58,214 nucleotides of DNA, from the NCBI GenBank assembly GCA_050177605.1, contig JBFXGX010000010.1, positions 1-58,214 of the forward strand, written 5' to 3'. The notes under the pieces are model-generated. The model was not told where the DNA came from. It made no database searches and saw only the letters and a program-made list of their open reading frames with translations. Below, piece by piece: positions 21,065-31,928 of the stretch (position 1 is its first letter; every line of letters starts with the position of its first letter). The DNA comes from Candidatus Izemoplasmatales bacterium (GTDB lineage Bacteria > Bacillota_I > Bacilli_A > Izemoplasmatales > Hujiaoplasmataceae). A program made the translations under genes and the position numbers.

Positions 21065-21999
21065 CTTTTCGATAATAAACTTTGATAGAACGCAAAATCA
21101 TATTTCTTTAATACGATTAATCCTCTTAAAGAGTTCATTCGTGCAACATTTTCACTATCGAGAGGGAAGAATAATAATCCTGAATGGAATGGTCCTTTCG
21201 GTAACTTTCCTTTCATGATTCTTTTTTTAAGAAGACTCATCGCTTCGTCAAATCTAGTGTCATAAGGATGATTAGAATTTGCGAAGTAGATTAATGCCTT
21301 TAGTACATCATATTTCCATCTAGTTGGGTAGTGAAAATGTACAATATAAGATTGGATGATTTCATTATTTGATTCTCTTCTCATGAGGCGCTTTCTCAAC
21401 AAAAACGCTTCTGCTTCTTTTTTTATTTTGAAGATAACTTGTTTATCAAATATGTAATCACTTTGAATAAGTGCTTCGAACCCCTCTAATACAGATAAGG
21501 TTGTATGAATCGAACTGCTATGGACTTGATGAGATCTTGATTCGCAATTAAATCCGCCATCAAATACTTGATTATAAATTAAATAATCCACCATCTCCGT
21601 GATATATTGCTGATCACATTGAGCATAGATAACCATCGATAGTAACATTCCTACAACACAAATATCCTTAACTTGATAGAGATCTTTATTCCAAAAGAAA
21701 TGAAGAAGTGTCTTCATGCCTTCTTGATAGATTGGATCTTCTGGATTGATTTCTAACAGTGTCAATTCTCTTAACGTATAGAATGTTGATATCCATTTAG
21801 GGCTGTAGATTCCATGACCAAAAGGTCCTTCGGTTTTATTAAGTCCGTTGGCCCATTGTTTGTGTTCGTGATTATAGAAGGATAAATATTGAGTAATCCA
21901 TCCAACATTTGTATACAGGACTTCTTCTTCTAAAAGATACTTTTTTGTTAATCTTGCGATAGACGCATCTCCAGAAAGCAACCAATCAATTACATTCAA
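21061..21999 (-). CDS. Conserved hypothetical protein, prenyltransferase/squalene-cyclase-like fold possible
   Basis: YSPKWISTFYTL, QVFDGGFNC, SSIHTT, YPTRWKYD motifs. Confidence 0.5.
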   Translation of the reverse strand: MNVIDWLLSGDASIARLTKKYLLEEEVLYTNVGWITQYLSFYNHEHKQWANGLNKTEGPFGHGIYSPKWISTFYTLRELTLLEINPEDPIYQEGMKTLLHFFWNKDLYQVKDICVVGMLLSMVIYAQCDQQYITEMVDYLIYNQVFDGGFNCESRSHQVHSSSIHTTLSVLEGFEALIQSDYIFDKQVIFKIKKEAEAFLLRKRLMRRESNNEIIQSYIVHFHYPTRWKYDVLKALIYFANSNHPYDTRFDEAMSLLKKRIMKGKLPKGPFHSGLLFFPLDSENVARMNSLRGLIVLKKYDFAFYQSLLSKS

Positions 22000-22081
22000 A
22001 AAGAATCACCTCTATTTCATTATATACCTTTATCAAGAAACCTGAATAAAAAGATTAAATCCTAACAATATAAGCAGAAAA

Positions 22082-22786
22082 TTATTTTACCATATCCATA
22101 AATTGTTTAAATGAAGGGTGTTTAGGATGATCAAGGATAGAAACTTCACCTTGTTCAATAATCTCTCCTTCATCAATAAAAACGACGTAGTCAGCAAAAT
22201 CTCTCACAAAGCTCATGACATGTGTAACAAAAATAAATTCTTTACCTAATCCCTTTAACTCCTTCACAGCTTGTAATACTTCATAACTCAAAATAGGATC
22301 TAAACTAGCCGTAGGTTCATCAAGAAAAATAATATTCGGATTAATGCTAAGAGCACGAGCTATTGAAGCTCTTTGAGCTTGACCACCACTAACATTTCTT
22401 GGAAGTTTATTCATCTGTGTTTCAAGATGTAACATCGCCAAATATTTTGAAGCAATGTTATCTGCTTCTAGTTTAGGAATGTTTCGTGTCTTTTCAAGTA
22501 CAAGTGTAATGTTTCTTTTTAAAGTAAGATGCGGAAATAGATTATGTGATTGAAAAACAAACCCAATATGGTTTCTATATTCATCCTCTTGAACGTGAAG
22601 ATTATTAATAGAAATGTCACCCTTCGTAGGATTTTCCATCCCTGCTAAGATCCTTAGTAAAGTTGACTTACCAGACCCAGAAACACCGATAATTGCGACT
22701 GAGTGATAGTTTTTGATAGAAAGATTGAGATTCTTTAATACTTCTAAATCGTATTGATGAGACAATCCTTTGATTTCTAGATTCAT
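22082..22786 (-). CDS. Polar amino acid ABC transporter ATPase
   Basis: GVSGSGKS, VSGGQAQR, LDEPTASLDP. Confidence 0.85.
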   Translation of the reverse strand: MNLEIKGLSHQYDLEVLKNLNLSIKNYHSVAIIGVSGSGKSTLLRILAGMENPTKGDISINNLHVQEDEYRNHIGFVFQSHNLFPHLTLKRNITLVLEKTRNIPKLEADNIASKYLAMLHLETQMNKLPRNVSGGQAQRASIARALSINPNIIFLDEPTASLDPILSYEVLQAVKELKGLGKEFIFVTHVMSFVRDFADYVVFIDEGEIIEQGEVSILDHPKHPSFKQFMDMVK

Positions 22787-23511
22787 ATTGTTGCCTTCCT
22801 TTCGACATATTTCGTCAATTGGGATAACGGTATCGTTATAAGTAAATAAAGACCCCACATTAAAACATAACCTTCAACGAACGCAAAGGTCTGAGATTGA
22901 CTCACACGAATTGAATAATATAATTCCGTGTAACTAAGCACATTGAGAAGAGCACTCCCTTTGATGATTAGTGAAAAATTATTCATCATTGGAGGCATTA
23001 ATATACGGATTACTTGAGGAATAATGATATATCTATATTTTTGAAAAGGCGTGAATCTAAAAAGGTCCATTGCCATATATTGTTCTTTGGATATACTAGA
23101 AAATGCAGATTTATATACATTTTTCATGTAAGGTGTCATATAGATAATTAGCGCTAAAACACCAAGAAAATTCCGTTGGTAACTTCCAAAAGCTGGTCCT
23201 ATCAAAAAGGCCATAATAATGATTAATACAAGTAAGGGCGTCCCATAGATAATTTCAGTAATGACATCAACCAACGCGACAAAGTACTTCATTTTTGAAA
23301 TCGATAGCAAATAAAAAACAAATCCAAGCAGTAAACTTCCAAGCAATGAAAGTAGCGAAACAAAAATCGTATTGATAAACCCTTCAAATATAAGACCAGA
23401 ATAATCATAATATGCGTCTAAATGAAAGGAACTCGTTTGTCTTAAAACAATAAAAAGGATTAATAGCAGGATTGTAAAGACAGCTCCTATATACGCGATC
23501 TTCTTACTCAT
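22783..23511 (-). CDS. Polar amino acid ABC transporter permease
   Basis: GTPLLV, IIIPQ, IKGSAL. Confidence 0.85.
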   Translation of the reverse strand: MSKKIAYIGAVFTILLLILFIVLRQTSSFHLDAYYDYSGLIFEGFINTIFVSLLSLLGSLLLGFVFYLLSISKMKYFVALVDVITEIIYGTPLLVLIIIMAFLIGPAFGSYQRNFLGVLALIIYMTPYMKNVYKSAFSSISKEQYMAMDLFRFTPFQKYRYIIIPQVIRILMPPMMNNFSLIIKGSALLNVLSYTELYYSIRVSQSQTFAFVEGYVLMWGLYLLITIPLSQLTKYVERKATI

Positions 23512-24313
23512 TGATATAGAATTCCAGTCCGTACTTGCCTAATTCAGAAAGAATTACAGCGTCCCATTCTTGTTTTAATGTTGAGTACAAGCCATCATTA
23601 TCAGCAAATGAATCGATGAATGCATTGGCTTGATTTAACAACTCTGTATTCCCTTCCGCAACAGCCATTCCAATTGGGCTAGATACAAAAGAATCCCAAA
23701 TAATGATTGTATCATCTGGATTCGCGTTGTATCCATCTACAACAGGATTGGCGCTCATGAGTAGTACATCCGCTGTCCCCTGGGCAACTGATTCAACTGC
23801 AGTACCGAGGTCGGTAGCTTCAATTACAGTTTTGCCATAAGACTGTGGAATGGATGTTGAAACTTGAGAAGCTAGTCCAATATAGGTAACATCTTCAATC
23901 GCTAATAAATCCTCCACTGTCGAACTTTCTGTTAATTGGTTCGCATCCGCAAAATCTTTATTGACAAGTGAGATGATTTTAAAGAAAAAATATGGATCAG
24001 TAAAATCAACAGACTTTTCACGTTCTTCTGTGATACTCATTGAAGCAATAACAATATCAATTTCACCAGAATTAAGTGCTGGAATTAAAGAACCAAAATC
24101 GGTATTTACAATTTCTACTTCTCTTCCTAAGTACGCTCCAAAAGCCATAGCTATATCTACCGAAATACCCATCGGTTCATTTTGAGTAGTCACGGTTTCA
24201 AAAGGTGGATAACTCAAATCCATTCCTACTCGTAAAACATCATTATTTTTCTGGCATGCACTCGTTGAAATTAATGCCAGTGTAAAAAGCAGCACAAATA
24301 TAAATTTTTTCAT
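23504..24313 (-). CDS. Amino acid ABC transporter binding lipoprotein
   Basis: Lipobox TSAC; YPPFE; SMSITEER; FTDPY. Confidence 0.88.
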   Translation of the reverse strand: MKKFIFVLLFTLALISTSACQKNNDVLRVGMDLSYPPFETVTTQNEPMGISVDIAMAFGAYLGREVEIVNTDFGSLIPALNSGEIDIVIASMSITEEREKSVDFTDPYFFFKIISLVNKDFADANQLTESSTVEDLLAIEDVTYIGLASQVSTSIPQSYGKTVIEATDLGTAVESVAQGTADVLLMSANPVVDGYNANPDDTIIIWDSFVSSPIGMAVAEGNTELLNQANAFIDSFADNDGLYSTLKQEWDAVILSELGKYGLEFYINE

Positions 24314-24452
24314 AAAACCCTCCTATAAGAATGAATAATTTGATTATAACCGAAAAATAATTAAATCAAAAGGCTATTGACTCAAAATGAAGCGTTTTAT
24401 ATCATAAGAAAATTAGTTCATGATATAATTAATCAAAAAAAGGAGAAAAATA

Positions 24453-25247
24453 ATGAATAATACTAGTCTCGTCAAATTAAGACGTTTTAATCTGATTATG
24501 GGGGGTCTACATCTTATCCAAGGAATTTTGATGATGTTTTTAGCGTTTTCAGTGATTCAAAAAATAGGAGAGTTTAAACCTGTTATCACGCAAAATTATT
24601 TATTCTTTAATCAAACTACTTTGACACTGGAGCTCACTAGCAAGAATCTATTTGAATTACCTTTTGGCATCATGGTCGCAGTATTTTTGTTATTATCTGC
24701 ACTGGCTCATGCATTAATTTCTATTCCTAAAAAACTCAATGATAAATATAATTCTGACTTACAAAAAGGTATCAATCAATTTCGTTGGTTTGAGTATGCT
24801 TTAAGTTCCTCAGTGATGATTGTATTAATATCCACATTATTTGGAATTTATGATATCGCATCATTAGTACTCATTTTTATCGTCAATGCAACAATGAATT
24901 TATTTGGTTTAGTGATGGAACAAATGAATGCAAAAAGACAGAACAATGAAAAGGTTAATTGGGGGCCGTTCATCTGGGGAAGTATCGCTGGAATTGCACC
25001 ATGGATTGCGATCATTCTTTATATGGTAGGAAATGGAAACTATAGTCAAGTACCTTGGTTTGTTTGGGCGATTATTGGAAGTTATTTTGTCGCATTTAAT
25101 ACCTTCCCAATCAATATGGTTTTACAATACAAAAAAATAGGCAAATGGAAAGATTATTTATACGGTGAGAGAACATATATCGTACTTAGTCTTGTAGCAA
25201 AGTCGATTCTTGCTTGGTTAGTTCTATTTGGCGCAATGCAACCATAA
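24453..25247 (+). CDS. heR: Heliorhodopsin
   Basis: LRRFNLIMGGLHLIQG, NQFRWFEYALSSSVM, and GERTYIVLSLVAKSILAW containing the retinal-binding Lys. Confidence 0.93.
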   Translation: MNNTSLVKLRRFNLIMGGLHLIQGILMMFLAFSVIQKIGEFKPVITQNYLFFNQTTLTLELTSKNLFELPFGIMVAVFLLLSALAHALISIPKKLNDKYNSDLQKGINQFRWFEYALSSSVMIVLISTLFGIYDIASLVLIFIVNATMNLFGLVMEQMNAKRQNNEKVNWGPFIWGSIAGIAPWIAIILYMVGNGNYSQVPWFVWAIIGSYFVAFNTFPINMVLQYKKIGKWKDYLYGERTYIVLSLVAKSILAWLVLFGAMQP

Positions 25248-25308
25248 ATATAAAAGCCTTGAATTCAGAACTCAAGGCTTTTAATTTTGTCTATATTTGA
25301 ATGTAATT

Positions 25309-25656
25309 TTATAACGAATCCTTAATTAATTGTTTTAATATGTTAACATCTAATTTCTCAGTAAAATAGATTTGCATCGTGTGTTTTTTTGTAAATTTGT
25401 ACTTTAGTTTATTTTGATATAATGCATTCCCTAGTGCGAAAACATTCATATGATCTTTAAAAAAATTCATAATGATCGCTTTTCTTTCTTGAAAGGTGAT
25501 TTTTTCTTTGGTTGGCAAAGAGTAATAAGGTTGTTTTGCAAACAAACGTTCTTCAGCATTTGGAAATACCTCATAAATCATCTCGCGAAAAGAATGAAAG
25601 TAACGTTGTTCTTCAGCATTTAATTGGTTTACATACTCTTCTACTAATGTATCCAT
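25309..25656 (-). CDS. DUF1801-like protein
   Basis: VEEYVNQL...FPNAEERL...PYY pattern. Confidence 0.6.
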   Translation of the reverse strand: MDTLVEEYVNQLNAEEQRYFHSFREMIYEVFPNAEERLFAKQPYYSLPTKEKITFQERKAIIMNFFKDHMNVFALGNALYQNKLKYKFTKKHTMQIYFTEKLDVNILKQLIKDSL

Positions 25657-25658
25657 CT

Positions 25659-26153
25659 TTACAATCTCCTTTGATTGACCAGTTCCATCGATTCTTTTCC
25701 TGTCATATGTTCAATCTTGAGTTGAAGCATATGGAATCTTTCAAAAGTTTTAGCTATTTCCTTCATCGTTACCTCTTCTGGATTTGGTGAGAAACGATTT
25801 CCAAGCATGATTGCGACTCTTCTTTTTTCTTCTAAATCTTCTACAACAGATATTTGACCAAAGACAATCACGCTTTGGTAATACGTTGTATATTTTTCTG
25901 GATCTACTTCATCTTTAGAAACGACAGTAAAAGAACATTTTTGGTGTTTAGCTATAGCATCCATTTTATGTCCTGATAATGCACTATGAAAATAGATTGT
26001 AAGATCCCCATCATAGACATGACTTAATGGAACACCATAAGGATAATCATCATCCCCTAGCAAAGATAAAACACCTGAAGTTGCTTCTAGTAATAAAGTT
26101 TTAGTAAATTCAATTGGTAATTCTTGTTTAAATCTTCTCATCGGTCGGTGCAT
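25659..26153 (-). CDS. Pyridoxamine 5'-phosphate oxidase-like (NimA-type) flavin-binding protein
   Basis: MRRFKQ, YPYGVPLS, YFHSALSGHK, YQSVIVFG, MTGK. Confidence 0.85.
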   Translation of the reverse strand: MHRPMRRFKQELPIEFTKTLLLEATSGVLSLLGDDDYPYGVPLSHVYDGDLTIYFHSALSGHKMDAIAKHQKCSFTVVSKDEVDPEKYTTYYQSVIVFGQISVVEDLEEKRRVAIMLGNRFSPNPEEVTMKEIAKTFERFHMLQLKIEHMTGKESMELVNQRRL

Positions 26154-26164
26154 TGATATTCTCC

Positions 26165-27481
26165 TTATTCAGTAAGTTGTAATTGGAAATAGTAAGTACT
26201 ACTATGTTCATCATAATCCTTATCTCTTGAAATTACCATAATATCAATGGTTGAAGAGGTGGGCTTTTCGATAATATAAAGGTAAGGTGTGTAGCATGCT
26301 TGATTTGATTGATATAATAATTCTTCTGTTTCATAATCATAGATGGCAAGATACCCAACACGTGAAAATCCTGTAATGCCTTGTCCTGATACAACGAAAA
26401 ACATTCGTTGGTTCACTTCAAGAATCCTTATAAACTGAACTGCTACATCTAGTTTCAAGTCTGGTAATTCATGATACGTTGTATTTCCCTCTCGATCAAT
26501 AAGATAGTAGACAAGCTGATTGTCTTCTTTCATAATAATATGACTCGTATCATTTGAATCTAAAAACAAATCCATAGGAACAGATGTAGAAGACTCGCCA
26601 TTTTTTTCAGTCTCATCCCTTAAGTCAGAAAAAACCCAATTGGTCCAAACGCCATTCTCATATGAAAAATATCTTGTATAATCCCTTGCAAGATCCTCTG
26701 TATAATTTCCGTCTGGTCCTACACTTGTGTCACGATTTGCGATGAGTCGGATATGATTCGTGCCATCCAATCGAACGTAAGGATATAGATTACAGTCGTA
26801 TAAATAAGTATCTAAGTAATATTCTATTTTGTGCTCAGTCCATGTATTGTTTACTGCATCATAGACATGAACAAACATCATTCCTTGGTAATTGCTATAG
26901 GCAACGGCAATGTTTCCATCTTGATCAATGTCTGCGCCAACCCTTGGATTCGCTTCAAAAGGATAACTTTGATCATCTTTCAACATCGTTTCACTAATTC
27001 TAACTGGATCTCCTTGATGAAAATCATAAGTATAGATTTTGACTTGTCCGAAATATTCTTGGCCAACAAGTACTTCTTCATAAGTAGTATAATAGATGAT
27101 CTCTCTTGTTTCATCGACGAGGACATTTCCGTGCATCCACACATCGATAGAATCAAATTCAACAATTTCTCCATTGGATGAAATCAAAAGGAGTCTCATT
27201 GTTTTATCATTTCCTCTGGCTGAAGCATCTACACAACCGGAATTATCTAAATAATAGGTAAATACAGTATCTCCTAAGCGCGCTAGTTTCGATTGATTGT
27301 CTCCCTTGGCGGTTGAAGTCACTTTATAGACTTCACTTTTAGGAAGTTCTAGCAACTCGAGTTGCTTGATTTGATTACTCGTGAAGTTGGAAATAAACAA
27401 ATAATTAAAATAAACATATCCTAGTCCTGCAAGAACTATGATGAAAAAGCTTAAAATAATCCATTTAATTTTTTTCTTCAT
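26165..27481 (-). CDS. Membrane-anchored hypothetical protein, beta-rich
   Basis: N-terminal TM helix; long beta-strand-rich ORF. Confidence 0.55.
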   Translation of the reverse strand: MKKKIKWIILSFFIIVLAGLGYVYFNYLFISNFTSNQIKQLELLELPKSEVYKVTSTAKGDNQSKLARLGDTVFTYYLDNSGCVDASARGNDKTMRLLLISSNGEIVEFDSIDVWMHGNVLVDETREIIYYTTYEEVLVGQEYFGQVKIYTYDFHQGDPVRISETMLKDDQSYPFEANPRVGADIDQDGNIAVAYSNYQGMMFVHVYDAVNNTWTEHKIEYYLDTYLYDCNLYPYVRLDGTNHIRLIANRDTSVGPDGNYTEDLARDYTRYFSYENGVWTNWVFSDLRDETEKNGESSTSVPMDLFLDSNDTSHIIMKEDNQLVYYLIDREGNTTYHELPDLKLDVAVQFIRILEVNQRMFFVVSGQGITGFSRVGYLAIYDYETEELLYQSNQACYTPYLYIIEKPTSSTIDIMVISRDKDYDEHSSTYYFQLQLTE

Positions 27482-27496
27482 ATTTCCTCCAATAGA

Positions 27497-28108
27497 CTAT
27501 TTTCTTATATGAAACCGTAGAATCGTTTTTAGTTTCGATGGATCGGTTCTTCTCGGGTCTGACAAATAGATTTCTTTGTGTGTTAGATCATCTCGAATGT
27601 AACCATTTGAAGTCATGAATTCCTTCATCGCGCTAAAAGACGCAGGTTCATCATCATAGGGACCAATATGTAACATCTGGCATACAAGCCCATCACTCAT
27701 CTCTTGGTATTTCAGGTCTTTCAGTTTAGGATTTGATTTTTTTATCATTACTTCGCCTAGATACTTTCTGAAAAGTTCTTCAGTGACAAAGTCTGGTTGT
27801 TGAATCAATAAAGTGTACCGATAATTATCCTTATCCGTACTTGGTTTCGACTTATCTATTAAATCCCAGATTCCTTCCAGTGGAAAGACTTTATACTCAT
27901 AGTATCCTTCTGGGGGTGTCTCTTTCTTATACGACATCTTGATTGCATAACTTATCGCATACAGCGCTTCTGTTGCTTGTTGGAAAAGCGCCCCATTAGG
28001 GTTTCCCATGCCATCAATCGTAATATATTTGAATGTTGGTATTTCTAGAATCATTGGATTTGTCTTTGGCTGATAGTACTTCTTAATCTCGAAATTTGAT
28101 AATCTCAT
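27497..28108 (-). CDS. GyrI-like domain protein
   Basis: IDGMGNPN, VFPLEGIW, HIGPYDDE, HKEIYLSDPRR. Confidence 0.85.
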   Translation of the reverse strand: MRLSNFEIKKYYQPKTNPMILEIPTFKYITIDGMGNPNGALFQQATEALYAISYAIKMSYKKETPPEGYYEYKVFPLEGIWDLIDKSKPSTDKDNYRYTLLIQQPDFVTEELFRKYLGEVMIKKSNPKLKDLKYQEMSDGLVCQMLHIGPYDDEPASFSAMKEFMTSNGYIRDDLTHKEIYLSDPRRTDPSKLKTILRFHIRK

Positions 28109-28596
28109 AATTTTCCGTCTTTGATTTCCATTCTTAAAATTTGTTCATCATCGTCCATCTCAAGTGTATCAATAAATCCATTGTTTATATAGAATTGATA
28201 TGGCATTGGACTGTGCATCGTACAAGTGACATATAGCGTCTTTTGATGATCATTTGCACATTTCTTTTTGATAATAGAAAGTACTTCCTTGCCATACCCT
28301 TTTCCTTGTGCATTCTTCTTAATCATGAGTCTCCATAAGTAATAGGCAGGCTGATCAACCGGCGGAATGTCATCATCGTGTAAAGCAAGCATTAAAAAAC
28401 CGACGATTTCTTGGTCGTTATAAATGACTTGTGGCCATGCCCTATCTTGATTCACATACGCCTGGGCAATCGAAATACTATTGGGAGCGACACTTCTTTT
28501 TTCACTTTCATCAAGGGTATCCCATAAAGAAATGACTTCAAAAAAATTTTCTTTAGTTACATCTTCGAGATGGATCATTATTTCATCTTCTTCCAT
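28105..28596 (-). CDS. GNAT acetyltransferase
   Basis: LWRLMI...QGKGYG...FYINNGF. Confidence 0.85.
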   Translation of the reverse strand: MEEDEIMIHLEDVTKENFFEVISLWDTLDESEKRSVAPNSISIAQAYVNQDRAWPQVIYNDQEIVGFLMLALHDDDIPPVDQPAYYLWRLMIKKNAQGKGYGKEVLSIIKKKCANDHQKTLYVTCTMHSPMPYQFYINNGFIDTLEMDDDEQILRMEIKDGKL

Positions 28597-28764
28597 TTTT
28601 TGTTATATATTATTAATACTAATTCCATCATATCATAATTGAGAGCGATAAGACAGAAAAAATGAATATAGAAATCGTCTCAAAAACAGCAATCAAGTAT
28701 ATTTATGATATAATGATTTCTATAAAGAAACGGAAAATAAAACGACAGTTGCTAAGGAGGACAT

Positions 28765-29736
28765 ATGTACTTCAAGAAAATAAAACAACCGGAAATCTAC
28801 CAAGGAAGAAATAAACAAAATCATTTTTTTGAAGGATGGTACTACAAAACAGTCAGTCCTCAGAATTCGATTAGTTTTGCGTTGATTCCTGGAATTAGCA
28901 AAAACAAAAAGAATTCGCATGCATTTATTCAAGTGATCCTCTATCAAGATAATCAACAAAGCGTCCCTCTGAAAAGTGATTACTTCGTATTCGACACCAA
29001 TGAATTTAGTTTCCAAGATAATCCTTTTGAAATAAAAATCGGTGAAAATGTTTTTTCAAAAACACGACTTCATATTCATTTAAAAAGTGATTTACTTCAA
29101 ATTCGTGGAGACTTATTGATTGAAAACCTCACATTCATCCAAACTTCACTTTGGACACCTAATATTATGGGACCATTTGGATATTTAAACTTTATGGAAT
29201 GTTATCATGGAGTCATCTCCATGAATCATGAAGTATCGGGTGAATTGGAAGTAGATGGTAAACTATTATCCCTATCCAAGGCAAAAGGGTATATCGAAAA
29301 AGACTGGGGAAAATCTTTTCCAAAGGAATATATTTGGGTTCAATCCAACTCTTTTCTTGATGAGAGCACATCTTTAATGTTTTCCTATGCAACTATTCCT
29401 TTTGGATTTCTTTCGTTTAAAGGATTAATTGCTAATTTACTCTATCAAACAAAAGAATATCGGTTCGCTACTTATAACCGATCGAAAATAAAAATAATTC
29501 GCCTTGAAGATAATGTTGTCAAAATGGTTTTAAAGAAAGGGAAATATAGGTTAGAAATCGATGCAAAGACAGAAAGTACGTTACCACTTAAATCACCTCT
29601 TGAAGGTTTGATGGTTAATAGCATCAAAGAGGGATTATTTGGGTACTTAAAGATTTCTCTCTATGCGTCAAAGAAATTAGTCATGGTCGATGAAAGTCAT
29701 CATGCAGGCATTGAAATTATGATGAAGAAAAGTTGA
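28765..29736 (+). CDS. Tocopherol cyclase family protein
   Basis: FFEGWYYK, IMGPF..MECYHG, GYIEKDWGKSFPKEYIWVQ. Confidence 0.8.
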   Translation: MYFKKIKQPEIYQGRNKQNHFFEGWYYKTVSPQNSISFALIPGISKNKKNSHAFIQVILYQDNQQSVPLKSDYFVFDTNEFSFQDNPFEIKIGENVFSKTRLHIHLKSDLLQIRGDLLIENLTFIQTSLWTPNIMGPFGYLNFMECYHGVISMNHEVSGELEVDGKLLSLSKAKGYIEKDWGKSFPKEYIWVQSNSFLDESTSLMFSYATIPFGFLSFKGLIANLLYQTKEYRFATYNRSKIKIIRLEDNVVKMVLKKGKYRLEIDAKTESTLPLKSPLEGLMVNSIKEGLFGYLKISLYASKKLVMVDESHHAGIEIMMKKS

Positions 29737-29766
29737 AGATATTAGTCTTCAACTTTTTTATGATTT

Positions 29767-29836
29767 TGGATTAGTTGTATTTTGAACAGAAGGTATAATA
29801 ATATGCATACAAAAATGAAAGCAAAAGAAACAATGC
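29767..29836 (+). mobile_element. Divergent orphan IS3 left end
   Basis: tggattagttgtattttgaacag...tatgcatacaaaaatgaaag resembles the reverse complement of 33145-33217. Confidence 0.7.
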
Positions 29837-29865
29837 TAATTTAATACTATATGATTCAATAAAAA

Positions 29866-29906
29866 AAGAGGTGATTTCCTGTAAAATGGCAGGATAGTCG
29901 CCTCTT
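29866..29906 (-). terminator. Hairpin downstream of displaced rlmD tail
   Basis: aagaggtgat..tcctg...cagga..gtcgcctctt. Confidence 0.55.
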
Positions 29907-29930
29907 ATAAATTATCTCTTAGCGGCTGAA

Positions 29931-29994
29931 CTATTTCATTTCAAGCAATGTGCAACTCTCGACGTGTGTTGAGTATACGGTATTGCTTTCAAAA
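29931..29994 (-). repeat. att-like junction: conserved arm plus displaced rlmD tail STHVESCTLLEMK*
   Basis: Minus-strand translation matches the RlmD C-terminus; arm attgctttcaaaa 9 bp beyond the tail. Confidence 0.8.
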
Positions 29995-30260
29995 TGTAGA
30001 GTTGTGTATATTGGAGTAACATAAAAACAGACATATTTAAGCACATTCTATGTTCCCTCACACATATGCTGAGTGTATTGGAGAAACATATATTTGCTAA
30101 ATTATCGCTGGAAAATCAATACTTACTATCTGCCTCGAGTGTTACCTATTGCTTTCTATTTATATTTCCCCACTAGTAAACTGTATGCATATTCCATAGT
30201 ATACATTGTTCAATTACCCAATAACCTAAAAAAGGCAAATTCTGTTATCCCATTATGGGA

Positions 30261-30887
30261 TCAACTTATAGACCTCATCTCATTTTCTATAATTCGAAAT
30301 AGTTTAATTTTCACCAACAACTTCGAAATCACATATATTAATGAGAATATTAATATCATAATGACTGAAGATATTATTGCATCTAGGTAAATACCATCAT
30401 TGTTCTTAGCGAATGTTATTACGGTGATATAAATAATAATATTTATAGTCGAAATGCCTATGGGTTTACTTGCCTTCACACTTAAGTTTCTATTTTTTAT
30501 ATTCCTATATATATATTTATAAAACAACCAGAGGCCACCTAATTGAAATACAACCATTAAAATGAATAATGTGTCACCAAAAACATCACTTAAAATCAAA
30601 TATACTACAAAATCTGCCAATACAATCAGAAATCCTGCTGATAAAATATAATATGCATACTCCCTAATTTGCTTATTTAGACTTCTATATCGCAGAAAAA
30701 GTGCGCATACAATATATATCAAGTATATTAATGCTAATATAACAGAATGTAGAGTGAAATTGACGATAAAAAAACAGACAATTACTAAAATATAAAGCAA
30801 GTTAATCCCAATTGTGTACCTCAGGATTATTGAATTATTTATATAGGGTTTCGATTCTATAAATGCGGTTAACTTTTCTTTCTCCAT
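30261..30887 (-). CDS. Multi-TM putative immunity protein
   Basis: Directly downstream of a hydrophobic Rhs tip; RBS ggag. Confidence 0.55.
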   Translation of the reverse strand: MEKEKLTAFIESKPYINNSIILRYTIGINLLYILVIVCFFIVNFTLHSVILALIYLIYIVCALFLRYRSLNKQIREYAYYILSAGFLIVLADFVVYLILSDVFGDTLFILMVVFQLGGLWLFYKYIYRNIKNRNLSVKASKPIGISTINIIIYITVITFAKNNDGIYLDAIISSVIMILIFSLIYVISKLLVKIKLFRIIENEMRSIS

Positions 30888-30905
30888 ATATCCATCTCCT
30901 CAATC

Positions 30906-31860
30906 CTATGATATTGAGTTCTTCATCGGATCTTCTAGAACCTCTTCCCATAAATACCAAATGACAAGAGAGGCGATTGCTCCACCAATACCTGGAATTA
31001 AAATCCCAGCTGCTAAAGGGAGTATAGCAAACGCAATATCAAGGGCAGAATAACTTATTTGTTGATTTAACGAGAGATCATCGTTGCTAAAATTCTCATT
31101 TAGTGAAATTGCAATATCGACTGCAACAAGGACCACCGCAACAGCTGTCGCTGCTTTACTAGCAAATTCCGCCGTTTCTGATACACACATCCAGTTATTA
31201 GAATAAGCGATATATGCATCGGATAATCCATCTGGAATCGCCCTATACACGCTTCCAGCCAAATAAGGTCCCTCAGCCGCTAACGAGGTGGCTATATTTT
31301 GAGCAAAACTCGCTACCGATTCAGCTGCTAAACGAAGATGATATAGCACTCCAACAGAAAATCCAAGAGATTGATTGAGATAAGTTGAAGCATATACTTC
31401 ATTTTTTTTCAACCGATAAGTCGACTGAGGTTGTTTCTTTTGTATATGAGATAATTTGGTCACTTATTGAAAAGGATATTTCATAATCTTCCAAAACCAC
31501 TGAATATCCGTTCATAGATAATACATCACCAAGTTTTGCAAAAGAATCTGTAAAAGTAATGTGTCTTCCTACATTTGGCATGTAATAGCATAAATCAATT
31601 ATATACAGTGAAGTTTCTTCATCGAAAACATAGCTTCGATATCTAAATGAGTTTACATTTGCTATATTGGCATCACCAATCACTTCAACAACGTTACCAA
31701 AAGCATCATATTTATATTCAACAGCAACCGTTCCAGAGGTTGTTATGATATGAGTGATGTCCCCAAACTGATTCATAACATAAATGTAATCAAACGTATA
31801 ACCTTGAGAATATAGAGTAAAGCCAATTATGCTTCCATCATAATCGTAATTATATAATAC
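30906..31860 (-). pseudogene. Orphan Rhs core plus hydrophobic toxin tip, frameshifted at an A8 tract and truncated by IS3
   Basis: About 31630-31860 is nearly identical to about 35085-35315 of the large Rhs; T8 at 31402-31409 separates the two ORFs. Confidence 0.75.
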
Positions 31861-31928
31861 TTTGTTGGATTAGTTGCTTTTTTAACAGTACTAATAATGA
31901 ATATGTATACATAGAATTATATCACTTA

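Noticed and set aside
30073..30390. Short antisense or overlapping ORFs (this one, and e.g. 1533-1790, 12700-12960, 47690-48082, 57178-57627)
   Set aside because: Shadows of well-supported genes on the opposite strand, with no RBS or recognisable motifs.
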